Shown here piece by piece: positions 7,534 through 17,500 of a stretch of 64,000 nt of DNA; within the stretch, counting starts at the first letter, position 1, and every line of letters starts with the position of its first letter. The DNA is from a virus, in IMG/VR virus record IMGVR_UViG_3300045988_042432, one strand, 5' to 3'. Under the pieces are notes generated by a model. It was given only the letters and a program-made list of their open reading frames with translations, was not told the DNA's origin and made no database searches. Position numbers and translations under genes: made by a program.

Positions 7534-7582
7534 GGCCTGTATGGTGGAGTGTAATGCTCTACTGTACAGGCCATTTTTTTTT
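7534..7582 (+). terminator. Intrinsic terminator at the convergence point of the two arms
   Basis: The GGCCTGTA/TACAGGCC core (7534-7541 / 7565-7572) extends to a 16-bp stem. The three non-Watson-Crick positions are G-U pairs only in the + strand RNA. Nine T follow (7574-7582). The 8-bp core plus the T-rich complement of 7525-7533 could also act on the - strand transcript. Confidence 0.8.
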
Positions 7583-7587
7583 GATTA

Positions 7588-10500
7588 TTACTCTGTATCT
7601 TCTTTAACTGTGTCAGCTGCTAATTTAGCTATATTCTTTAGTTCAGTAGTAGCTCCCTTGAAAGTTCTACCGAATCCTGTAGTTCCCATAAAGTATTGAG
7701 ATAGAGTCTTATCTCCAAATGCAAATTCATAGGTATTATTGAACACCGTGCTAAGATATCCAATAGATACAGGTTCCGAATTATTAACTAAGCTCAACAT
7801 AGTGTTGATAGGAGTTACATCGCCAAATGAATTGGTAAATCCTCTCTGGAATAGACTAAACACTGTATCTTCCATAGCCCTAGACATAGTAGGATTTAAT
7901 GGGTCTCTATCTTCCTCTCTGGCTTCAGCCCACAACCTTATTAGATACTGACCTAGAGCTCCTAATAACAACCACAGCATTAAGTCATGTCCTAATCTCT
8001 TTAAATTAGATTTCTTGACACCAGTATCTTCGTTCCATATGTTGTCTCTGACTCCTTTAAGCCCTCCGGATTTAAATTCCCTCCAGGCATCTTTAAGGGT
8101 GTAAAAGATTCCCTCTAGGTATCTGTCAGCCCAAGTTTCTACCGGCACTCCTGTATTCTCTGTAGTTACTATAGTTTTAGTTTCTCCATTATCGTCTACT
8201 ATATCCTTGTACCATAGGAGGTCTCCATTATCATTTTTAGCCTGAACTCTACCTGCCAGTCCATAGTTCTTTGGTTCTAGTAAATAAGCATTCCTGGTTG
8301 CGGACAAGAATGTTTTAAATTGACCAAGCAACGCTCCCATAAAGGTCTTCTCGGCCTGCATTCTTCCGTCATGGTCATAATAACCATAAACTAAATCTGA
8401 TAAAGTTTTAATAGCAAGTACTTCGTCCTGTGTATAAGCAAATGGTAATGCATCACCTTCTTTTAGATTCAGACCTTCAGTTTCATTGAAAGATTTCATC
8501 ATAGATAGATACAGACCTCTTTGCTTATTGTAGTCTGGATTACTCTTATTGCCAGAAGCATAAGCAGCTAACCGCTTGTCTTTCTTCCAATCATACTTTA
8601 ATCCATCCTTAGTCATTTCTATAGCATCCCAAGTCCCATCATGTAGACTTTGAGCTATAAACATGGTCATTCTATTATAGTAATCCGGTGCTGTAGTAAA
8701 CCAATAAGTATACCTGGATAGATTAGACAATCCTGACTTGTTACTTACTAACCTCTGTGACAATTTATTCATATCAAAATCAGCGAGTCTCATTCTAGCA
8801 TTAAGAGCCTCTATCTTAGTGACTCTTGATAAAAAGTCAGGCCCGTCTTTCATGATAATAGCTCCAGCCTGTAGTAATTCCTTATAAGTAAATTTCTCTC
8901 CAGTGTAATACATTTTACTAAAGGCCATTGCAGAGTTCTTCCACATTCCGTCAAATACATCTCTGACTGCACCAGTAACATTAAATGCCAACAGTCCGAA
9001 GGATGCTAATCTCTTAATAGGACCCACAGCTTGATATAGCTGTTTACCTTCCTCACTAATAATGGACTGGTTAAATACTGCAATTTTAAGGTAATTATCC
9101 ATTGTCTCATTAAACACTGTTAAATCAACACCAGTTTCTTTAGCATAGTTAAGAGCTAATAGTTTAATTGCTTTAATTGCCGGGAGCACATCATCAAAGG
9201 CATCTTTGCGTTCTGCGGCGAACACATAGCTAGTTACTAATGATTCCAAATTACGTTCCCAGAAATCAGAATTGTATTGTGCTAGTAATGCCTGTCTAGC
9301 ATCTTCACTAGATTCAGAAATGTTAAACCTATTATACATTTCATATCTAGTAATCATGTCAGACTTAGCTGTGTATTCTTCCTCCGAATATGCATCATTC
9401 TCTTCCCTATTCCAGAAGTCTTTAAACTTCATGGTAACATCTTTAGTTTCTTGGCTAGCCCATTTAGCAATTCCCATTTGCAATATCTTATTATTGGTCT
9501 GTTGCAATGGTACCCAGAACCATTTGTCTTGTTTCTTTAATTGTGCCACTTCTGGGTCAGATTCTGACTTGCCTTCCAGATTAAATCTGTACTTGTTGAT
9601 ATCCCATAATATCTTCTTCAGGAATCTTCTTTCTTCGGATGATAGTGGAGTATTATTATCGTAAGGATTAGCAAACAGCATTTGCTCATTTAGAGACCCG
9701 TCTGGATTTCTTCTAAACATATTATCATATATTTTAGTCTGGTCTCCTATTACTAAATTTCTGGCGTTTGAGTATCCCTTGTCCTTCCATAAGGCTTTAA
9801 CGTAGTCGTTAAAGAATGGATAGTAATATTCTTCAGTCTTCCTAGTAACTCCGTCAAATGCCTTTCTTACTAATTTAACAGCTTGTCTAATATTATTCTC
9901 TGGAATTAGTTCAGGGTTAGTATCCATACCTCCTGATAATGGAGCTCCTTTACGAGTATATCTTCCCATCTTCTCCGGCTGTGTAAATGGAATATCTCTA
10001 TAATAAAGCATCGCTCCTAGAACTGCTTTATAGAATCTTTCTATACCAGTATTAGAGTTCTCTTTCATTATATCCTCCACTGATGCTTTCTCAAGGATAG
10101 TTGGGAATGAAGTATACAACGTTTTGGCTATATCTTCTAACCTGTCGGCTGTAGCAGCTTTATCGTTTGCATTTATGTCAAATAATACCTTACGTACTTT
10201 AGTGTTTAATTCTTGCTGGGTTCTAGGAGTAGCATCTGGTCTACTCATAAGTGCTAAGAACTCTCCTTTTAAAACCTCAAGCTCATCCATAAATGTAACT
10301 TGATTAAGTCTATTAGTCACTCCAGTCTCCTTTGCTAATAAGTTGAACGTCTCTCTTATACTTCTCATATTAGCTATAGTAGCTGTAGATGTATCTGCAT
10401 TTAAGACCTTAAATGTTCCAATCCTAAACACATCTCCAAAGACTTCTGGCATCTCATTAATAGCTGCCATAATCTTCATCAACTCTATATTACCACTAGT

Positions 10501-12159
10501 GGCTCTTAATAGCCAAGGGTTATTCATGGCATATGCGTCTTTCTCATAATCTCCTAACATAGTAGTTCCTAAAGACAGTGGTATGATAGTATTTAAATCA
10601 TGTTTACTAAGTGCCACAAAATCCACCTGCTTAGTAATAACATTATGAATAGCTATAATTCCCAGCTGTTTAAGATTCTCCATATCAACCACTTCCCAAC
10701 CAGGGTCGTTTACATACTTCTGAAATGTGCTCACCACAAAAGCTGTAGTCTTAAACCCTGAAGGTGGTACGATTTGGTCTAAAGGTTTATAACCCTTTAA
10801 AGCCTTGTCCAAATCATATATAAATGCCTGTCTCTTCTCTGCAAAGATTCTATCCCTTTTCTTCAAGTATTCTTCAACCTTTTGTCTAAGTTCCTCATTA
10901 ACAGCTTTATCAGCTGTATCTTTAATATAGATAGGTTTACTATGATTGTAATAATCACTAAAGTACCACCTTCCTTCTGAAGGATGTGGTGAATCATGTA
11001 CTTGAGTTTGAATAAACGAATCTACGTCTATTCTATCCATTCTACTCTGTAATTTAGGATTGGGAATAAACTTTGATAAAGTGTTAAGCACTCCGTCCTT
11101 AATAGGATGTCCTACAGTCTCGTCAGTAATCCTTACAGGTATTATGTTACTAATATTTGAATAATATTCTCCTACTCCCCAAGCTAATCTATTAACAGCT
11201 GAAGATGTGTCTTTCTTCCTGTCTTGTACTGCCTCAAACTGAACGTCTGTTAAAGGACCCTCATCTAGGCCTTCTATTTTCATTGGAATTATATTAAGTT
11301 CCATATTTCTTACTGGGATTCCCTTAGAAGCTAGCATCTGCCTATAGAATCCCAATTGATAGTCATATTTAGATGCTTTAGCCGCATCCCAGTCGTTAGA
11401 AATTTTAGTAGAACTTTTAAATAAATACAAATGAGGTTGTCCTTCTTCATCTACAACTATTAAGTCTATAGAACCTACTAGTTTAAGTCCGTCGTTTGTG
11501 TTAGCATCAACCAGAAATTGAGACATTATTTTAGCACCTTTACCATGAGCTCTATATAGCTCACTTTTAAGTGTTTCTAAATTATCATACAATGATTTAA
11601 TAACAGCTTCGTTGTATTGCATTCCATATTTCTTAGTCAGGGCTTCTAAGTCATAATGCCCTGCAAAGTAGTCTCCAATCATAGAATGTATATCAATACC
11701 AGTTTCAGCTATTCTATCCCACATCTCTAACGTTTGGTCTACTCTAGCATGTGCTTCTTCTCTACTAATCTTCTCCTTATCCATTAATTCAGTAACAGTT
11801 CTGCCTCTCCAATTAGTAACATTAAAGGGCTGAATTAATGCGCCTTCACCGTCACCAGACCTTCCTTTCTCTAAGAAATCTGTAACGGACATATTACCGT
11901 CAGAAGCAGTATAACTTATATCTCCCCCAGTTAAATCTACTCCGTCTTCTCTAAGTCTAGCTTCACTTCTGATACCTCTTAGTTTAGCTACTATTTCAGC
12001 TTGCTTAGTGTCCTGACTAAGTACGATATCAGATATAAGACCATATTCTATCTGATTCTTATGTGCTATCAAGAAGTCAAATAGGTCTGCATAGTTGTTA
12101 TTACCCTCCCCAAATTGTACTACTTGACCATTTATATTTAAACTATATGAACAAGCCAT
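7588..12159 (-). CDS. Giant virion-associated (ejected/cargo-type) protein, ~1523 aa, with an N-terminal PD-(D/E)xK-like module and a C-terminal hydrophobic segment
   Basis: Uninterrupted ORF. The listed start at 12165 is TTG. The ATG at 12157-12159 overlaps the upstream stop (TAATG), so it is the likelier start. The C-terminal segment LMLWLLLGALGQYLIRLW looks transmembrane-like. Confidence 0.75.
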   Translation of the reverse strand: MACSYSLNINGQVVQFGEGNNNYADLFDFLIAHKNQIEYGLISDIVLSQDTKQAEIVAKLRGIRSEARLREDGVDLTGGDISYTASDGNMSVTDFLEKGRSGDGEGALIQPFNVTNWRGRTVTELMDKEKISREEAHARVDQTLEMWDRIAETGIDIHSMIGDYFAGHYDLEALTKKYGMQYNEAVIKSLYDNLETLKSELYRAHGKGAKIMSQFLVDANTNDGLKLVGSIDLIVVDEEGQPHLYLFKSSTKISNDWDAAKASKYDYQLGFYRQMLASKGIPVRNMELNIIPMKIEGLDEGPLTDVQFEAVQDRKKDTSSAVNRLAWGVGEYYSNISNIIPVRITDETVGHPIKDGVLNTLSKFIPNPKLQSRMDRIDVDSFIQTQVHDSPHPSEGRWYFSDYYNHSKPIYIKDTADKAVNEELRQKVEEYLKKRDRIFAEKRQAFIYDLDKALKGYKPLDQIVPPSGFKTTAFVVSTFQKYVNDPGWEVVDMENLKQLGIIAIHNVITKQVDFVALSKHDLNTIIPLSLGTTMLGDYEKDAYAMNNPWLLRATSGNIELMKIMAAINEMPEVFGDVFRIGTFKVLNADTSTATIANMRSIRETFNLLAKETGVTNRLNQVTFMDELEVLKGEFLALMSRPDATPRTQQELNTKVRKVLFDINANDKAATADRLEDIAKTLYTSFPTILEKASVEDIMKENSNTGIERFYKAVLGAMLYYRDIPFTQPEKMGRYTRKGAPLSGGMDTNPELIPENNIRQAVKLVRKAFDGVTRKTEEYYYPFFNDYVKALWKDKGYSNARNLVIGDQTKIYDNMFRRNPDGSLNEQMLFANPYDNNTPLSSEERRFLKKILWDINKYRFNLEGKSESDPEVAQLKKQDKWFWVPLQQTNNKILQMGIAKWASQETKDVTMKFKDFWNREENDAYSEEEYTAKSDMITRYEMYNRFNISESSEDARQALLAQYNSDFWERNLESLVTSYVFAAERKDAFDDVLPAIKAIKLLALNYAKETGVDLTVFNETMDNYLKIAVFNQSIISEEGKQLYQAVGPIKRLASFGLLAFNVTGAVRDVFDGMWKNSAMAFSKMYYTGEKFTYKELLQAGAIIMKDGPDFLSRVTKIEALNARMRLADFDMNKLSQRLVSNKSGLSNLSRYTYWFTTAPDYYNRMTMFIAQSLHDGTWDAIEMTKDGLKYDWKKDKRLAAYASGNKSNPDYNKQRGLYLSMMKSFNETEGLNLKEGDALPFAYTQDEVLAIKTLSDLVYGYYDHDGRMQAEKTFMGALLGQFKTFLSATRNAYLLEPKNYGLAGRVQAKNDNGDLLWYKDIVDDNGETKTIVTTENTGVPVETWADRYLEGIFYTLKDAWREFKSGGLKGVRDNIWNEDTGVKKSNLKRLGHDLMLWLLLGALGQYLIRLWAEAREEDRDPLNPTMSRAMEDTVFSLFQRGFTNSFGDVTPINTMLSLVNNSEPVSIGYLSTVFNNTYEFAFGDKTLSQYFMGTTGFGRTFKGATTELKNIAKLAADTVKEDTE
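11326..11718 (-). other. PD-(D/E)xK / RecB-Cas4-like nuclease-fold region (possibly degenerate)
   Basis: GIDIHS ... GSIDLIVVDEEG (Asp codon 11464-11466) ... LYLFKSS (Lys codon 11416-11418) ... YQLGFY (11344-11358) follows the order h-D / (D/E)xK / QxxxY. The acidic residue of the (D/E)xK triad is Leu. Confidence 0.4.
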
Positions 12160-14573
12160 TAGCAATTCTCCTTTAAGTTACCACTCTTTATTAATTTCTG
12201 AATTAAATTAGTTATAGTACGGGATTCAGAAGCTAAGTTCATATCAAAACCTGCTGCTAAATCGTTGTTAATAAGTGCACTACCAAATTCAGACATAATA
12301 TTATCTATAGACATATTAAGAAGTCTTCCTAACTTCTCATTCTTAATATCATCACTAGTTTGGAATGTCTTTTGAGTCTTCTCTTTAAATATTCTCCCCA
12401 TTTCCTCTAGTGAAGCTTCTTTACCTTCAAACCAAGGCTCTGCGATTCTAGCGAAGTAATTACCAAACTCTGTAACAAATATCTCCTCATTCAAGTCAGG
12501 AACAGCTCTAGTATCTCCTATCATCCTAAATGCTTCTAGTTTATCATCATAGTTCGCCAGAGACTCCACCTGTTCAACTAGCCCATAGTAAAGACCTGGA
12601 TTAGTCCTCTTCATAGAACCCATAATTAAATGTGCAAACTCATGCAGTGAATCAGCTGTAGTAGCTCTGTCTACATTTAGATAGACTTCTCCATTATAAA
12701 TAAATGCATTAGTTCTTCCAGCATTAGGAATCACTCCTCTGAATTTAGAAGCTATCTCTCTAGCAGTAACTACGTTAACATTAATGCCATAGTTCTTACT
12801 AAGGTGATTGGCTATCTCTACCATTTCACTTTTAAATGACCTGGGTACTTTCTTGTGAACTGGTACACTTCTTTCTGATTCTAGCTTTCTGAATGAGTAT
12901 TTGTCCCCATTTGCCCCAGTTACTTCATATACAGATTCGGTAGCATTCTGAATTGTATTTAAAGCTTCTGTCATTAATTGCAGCTCATAGTCTAGTTTGT
13001 CTTGAGTTAGCATACTAGGTACTTTACTGTTATATAGAGAAGCATGAATGTCTGGGTCTCTTAATTGATTCTTTAATAAGAAGAAAGTCTCCAATTTCTC
13101 TTGAGTGTTAAGTATAGATTCTATATTAAGTCCCTGCTCTTTAAGTATGCCAATTAGTTTCTTATATTGGGGCTTCTTATTAAGCTCTGATATGAAGTTG
13201 TTAAAAGTAATACTCTTAACTAAATCCTTATCATTGTATAGCTTTATGTTATCATTTAGTTCTATATCCAAAACGGAGAATCTGTCTCCAATTTGTAAAG
13301 ATTGATGACTTTGTATTGCTAAACTTCCATTTTTGAGTTTACTAGTAACCGATTTCAAATCTATAGGTCTGTCTAATAGTTTATTGGCAATACTTCTAGC
13401 ATATTTGAGATTATCTACTCCTGCTCCTTTCAGCCCGTCTGAAGTTGTAACAATCCTACTGTCTATATAATATCTGTCATTATATTTAGCGATGTTATAA
13501 CCCCCTACAGTTTCAATAGGCTCTATTAACTCTCCAGAGTATTCTGTGTTAACTATAGTCTTGTCAAACTCCGGCTGCTTAAACGTATTTCTTAATAATA
13601 TTCCCCCATCACTTATAAATGCAATGTCTAAGAACTTCTCATTGTCAATTTTATTATTCAAGTCTTGTATAGTAGATACTATAGATTCATCAGACAGTTC
13701 TCCGTAGCTATAAGCATCCATAAAGTCTTGCATATCTTTCTTAGATATACGTAAGTAGTTCCCAGATACTTCTGCTCTATCTACTAGTGCTTGAACTGTA
13801 ATATCTGAATAAGAAGGAATTTCAGTAGTAGGAGTACCTATTATTTGATTAAACAGCTCATTAAATTTACTAACAAGCCCATTCTTATATAATGCATCAT
13901 TGAAAGTAGCACTAGTATAGAAGTAATTCACAAAAGCAGGTATAACATTACCATGAATACTATTGGTGTTAAAGTTATACCCTATATATTTCATGATAGT
14001 CTGCACTCTAGATGAAGTATCATTACTTGCAGCTAGCATTTTTAACGCAGACTCTATATTCTTGTTTACTTCCTGAACTTGTTCTTTAGGAGCCTTATCT
14101 AATACTGTATTCACATATCTTTGCTTTAGATAGGTCTCTATATATTCTTCTTTAGGCTTAATAACTGCCAAACTGCCACTAGTGTCTCTAAATATACCAT
14201 AATTGGTATTCCAAGCAAGGCTAAATCTAGCATTAGTGAGTAGTATATTATTCCTATTTAAGTCCTCACCTTCCCCTTGCAACTTGTCTACTAAGTAGGT
14301 AATATTTGGAGTTGGGAACTCATTTTTAATTGTATTTAAATTATAATTACCAATTGGTAATCCGTCCTTGCCAAGATTCTTGGAATCCAAAGCTGTAATA
14401 GGAAATCCTCCTGAATTTACTGCATTAATAAAATCATTATAACTCTCTACATTTCCCATTAATGCTCCTATTGCATCTTCTAAAGACATTTCACTAACGT
14501 CAGGAACCTCTAGCTTAAATAAGCTAGGGGCTCCCTCGTTAGAATGTACTAAAAATTCTACTGTACAACTCAT
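12159..14573 (-). CDS. Virion-associated protein with a zincin (HExxH) metallopeptidase motif, 804 aa
   Basis: HEFAH lies at residues 644-648 (12630-12644) in the context SLHEFAHLIMG, with downstream Glu candidates (GLVEQVE). It sits between two giant virion ORFs with coupled stops and starts. Confidence 0.6.
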   Translation of the reverse strand: MSCTVEFLVHSNEGAPSLFKLEVPDVSEMSLEDAIGALMGNVESYNDFINAVNSGGFPITALDSKNLGKDGLPIGNYNLNTIKNEFPTPNITYLVDKLQGEGEDLNRNNILLTNARFSLAWNTNYGIFRDTSGSLAVIKPKEEYIETYLKQRYVNTVLDKAPKEQVQEVNKNIESALKMLAASNDTSSRVQTIMKYIGYNFNTNSIHGNVIPAFVNYFYTSATFNDALYKNGLVSKFNELFNQIIGTPTTEIPSYSDITVQALVDRAEVSGNYLRISKKDMQDFMDAYSYGELSDESIVSTIQDLNNKIDNEKFLDIAFISDGGILLRNTFKQPEFDKTIVNTEYSGELIEPIETVGGYNIAKYNDRYYIDSRIVTTSDGLKGAGVDNLKYARSIANKLLDRPIDLKSVTSKLKNGSLAIQSHQSLQIGDRFSVLDIELNDNIKLYNDKDLVKSITFNNFISELNKKPQYKKLIGILKEQGLNIESILNTQEKLETFFLLKNQLRDPDIHASLYNSKVPSMLTQDKLDYELQLMTEALNTIQNATESVYEVTGANGDKYSFRKLESERSVPVHKKVPRSFKSEMVEIANHLSKNYGINVNVVTAREIASKFRGVIPNAGRTNAFIYNGEVYLNVDRATTADSLHEFAHLIMGSMKRTNPGLYYGLVEQVESLANYDDKLEAFRMIGDTRAVPDLNEEIFVTEFGNYFARIAEPWFEGKEASLEEMGRIFKEKTQKTFQTSDDIKNEKLGRLLNMSIDNIMSEFGSALINNDLAAGFDMNLASESRTITNLIQKLIKSGNLKENC
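12630..12644 (-). other. HExxH zinc-binding motif (HEFAH)
   Basis: Read directly from the reverse complement (catgagtttgcacat). Confidence 0.7.
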
Positions 14574-14574
14574 G

Positions 14575-17500
14575 TTAACAATTAATTCTTATTTGTATAG
14601 TATTACGCTCCATTAAGCTCTTAATCTTATTAACTATATTCTCCATAGAATCATTCCTATTAAGGACTAACTCTTTCATTTTAGCATTCTGATTTGGAGT
14701 TCTAATAACGAAGTAATCATCATATAGTCTTCGCATGTCTACATTACTTGGGTCTGGGATGTCATTTACTTCATAGTAGTCTTCTCCGTCCCTTTCATAT
14801 AGTTCAAGACGACCTGTTTCTTCATTTCTCATTCTAATATACTTATCTCTAGCTCTACCCTTAGCACTTTCACTAATAATAGGAGCCATTCTAATGAGTG
14901 CATCTTCTAATGAGAATGTGTCCATGTTAACATCCAAATCATAGTCTGATTGTCCTACATACTTTTGATACTCTATTAGTAAGTCACTAACATCAGTCTT
15001 ATCAAATGTGTTCAGTAAAGTAGTAAGTCTGTCAGCACCGTACTTATTCTTATTAACAACTAAGTTATATAAGAAGAACCAGTCAGTAAGAGGTAATCCT
15101 TGCAGATTAATTCTCTTCAGTGCTGCAAAATCTTTCTGGTATCTACTGAACATTGCTTGGTCTGATTCAGTTCTTACGTTCATCATATCAATAGGTAATT
15201 TCATATATGTAGTATTACCTCTAGTAAATGGGTCAGTACGTCTGTTCCTACTTAATCCTTGCACAAACTGGTTGATTAATAAGGAGCGAACCCTCTTATC
15301 TCCAACCATTCCGTTATGAAGTTCCGGAATAACTGTTCTTTCCATCCAGAGTTTAAAGTTAGCAATTCCATCATTAGTAGCCAAACTAAATACCTCGCCT
15401 CCTTCTTTAATATCATGCAGAGTCATATCATTTCCGATATACTTCTGACCCTCATCCATTCTGAAGGTAATGTTGCGTTTAGCCAGCCAGCCAGTGATTA
15501 GTACATCGTCTACATGCTCACCGAGTGCATTTAATTGCTCTTTAGTAACAGCTCTACCATATGTAGGATTCTCTTTAATAAGAGCTTCTCTATAGGAATT
15601 TACTAGATTAAATTTAGTACTGATATTTACATCAGTTGTATCAGTAAGGTTATATACTTCGAACAATGCCTTAAAGTGAGGAATTTTATCAATCATGTCG
15701 AATATATTCCAAGTTCCCTTTATTAGATTATAGTAAGCTATGGTTGACTTCTTATAACCAGAGTTCATTGGGTCAAGGAATTTCCTCATACTAAATCCTC
15801 CATTAGTAATACCTTGTGCAACAGCATCGTTGACTACAGCTCTTACTTGCTCTTCGGATAGATAAGGCTTATCATTCAGGATGTTCTTAATAACTACTTC
15901 CGAGTTATAACCTTTCTCATATTTGTCATCTTTATATAGTTGCTCTCTGCTAGTAATTGCAGATTCATATGTATTTAACCTGGACATCTTACCTCCTAAA
16001 TCTGTAGGCATACCTTGATTTAGTCCGTAGAATCTTCCTAACAGTTCTGTCTCTCTAGCATTTCTATTTACCTTCTTAAATTCGGCAAATCTGTCCATGT
16101 CCAACCTATTTTTCATCTTCTGTAGGTACTTATATTCTTCCAAGAATCTGTGTTCTCTATAAGATACAGCTGGGAATATATCATCAATAGAATCACCTTC
16201 TGCAAACCTATCTTTGATAGCTTGAATCCAATTACCTCTCTTATCGAACGCTTCCTCTCCAGAGTCAAGTAGTTTCTCTTGCACTCTTTTGAAGAAGTTA
16301 CCTAAAGAAGTAGAATCGAAGTAGTTTCTAATATTAGGGCCTTCTTCCAATGCTCTAACTACAGAGTCTACTGATGCATGGTCATGATATTCATCAAATA
16401 CATTTACCTTCATTAAGTCATTTACAGTTTGTACTGTCGGGCTTGTCATGAATTTAGCGATATCATTAAAACTGAATCCTAACATAATCATATGTAAGTA
16501 CATACCAGCTAGATTAGGACCTGCATTAATTTTAGAAAGAATCAACTCTTTAGCATTATCAGTAGCAGCTGACAGTAATGCAGAAATTACTAATGACTGG
16601 TCTGGTTGCATACCTAATTGCTCTTGAACTACTCTAGCTACATCCTCCGGTGACAATTGCTGTTCTACAGCTCTGACTATTAAATTTCTCCAATAATCTT
16701 TCTTAACTGCCAAATCATCGAAGTTAACGTTGGCCATTATGTTTCTTAGAGTAGGTACTGTTATAGGTTTACCATTCTCACTTAACATTGTTTGAATGCC
16801 TTCAAATCTAGTGGAGAAAAACATGTTGTCTAACCAATCCTGGTCTCCATTTCTAACGCCTTCATTGAAATAGTAACAGTTGGCAAAGAATACTTTCTCA
16901 CCTACAGCTGCAATACCAATTACCTGTTTACCGTCCATATTCTGCATCTGCATTACCCATTTGGATGAGGGTGATGTCATGGTAATCTTATTAGCTTCTT
17001 GTCCAGATGCTGATTCCTTAGCTGCCCTTTGTGGGTCTCCCATTTCAATAGGAGAATAAGCCTGGTTCATATTCTTCAAATTCTGGATAATATTGCTAAT
17101 TTTAGATGATACAGAGTTTCTAAATGCAGGAAGTAAGTTGCTTCTTCTAATCTTCTGTCTACCATTTCTAGCTTTCTTTCCATTCTCATCAAATTCTTCA
17201 GTCATATACATAGTATGATTGTTAATTCTATTAAGAATGAAATTAGCATTATCGGTGTCAACTTCACCTGAATATGTTAATATTCTAGCATCATCAATAG
17301 CGTTAAGCATCTCTGCTATTACTGAAACAGACTCTGGATTATAGAAGTTCTCCTTGTTAAGTTGGTTTAGATAGTTAGTAATGTCTACTCCACCGCTTCC
17401 GTATGCGTATAACTTACCATTAGGAGTAGGTAGCATTTCGGATGCTTTGAGTGACTCGATACTATTAAAATTAAAATATGGAGACCAGCCTACATAATGT

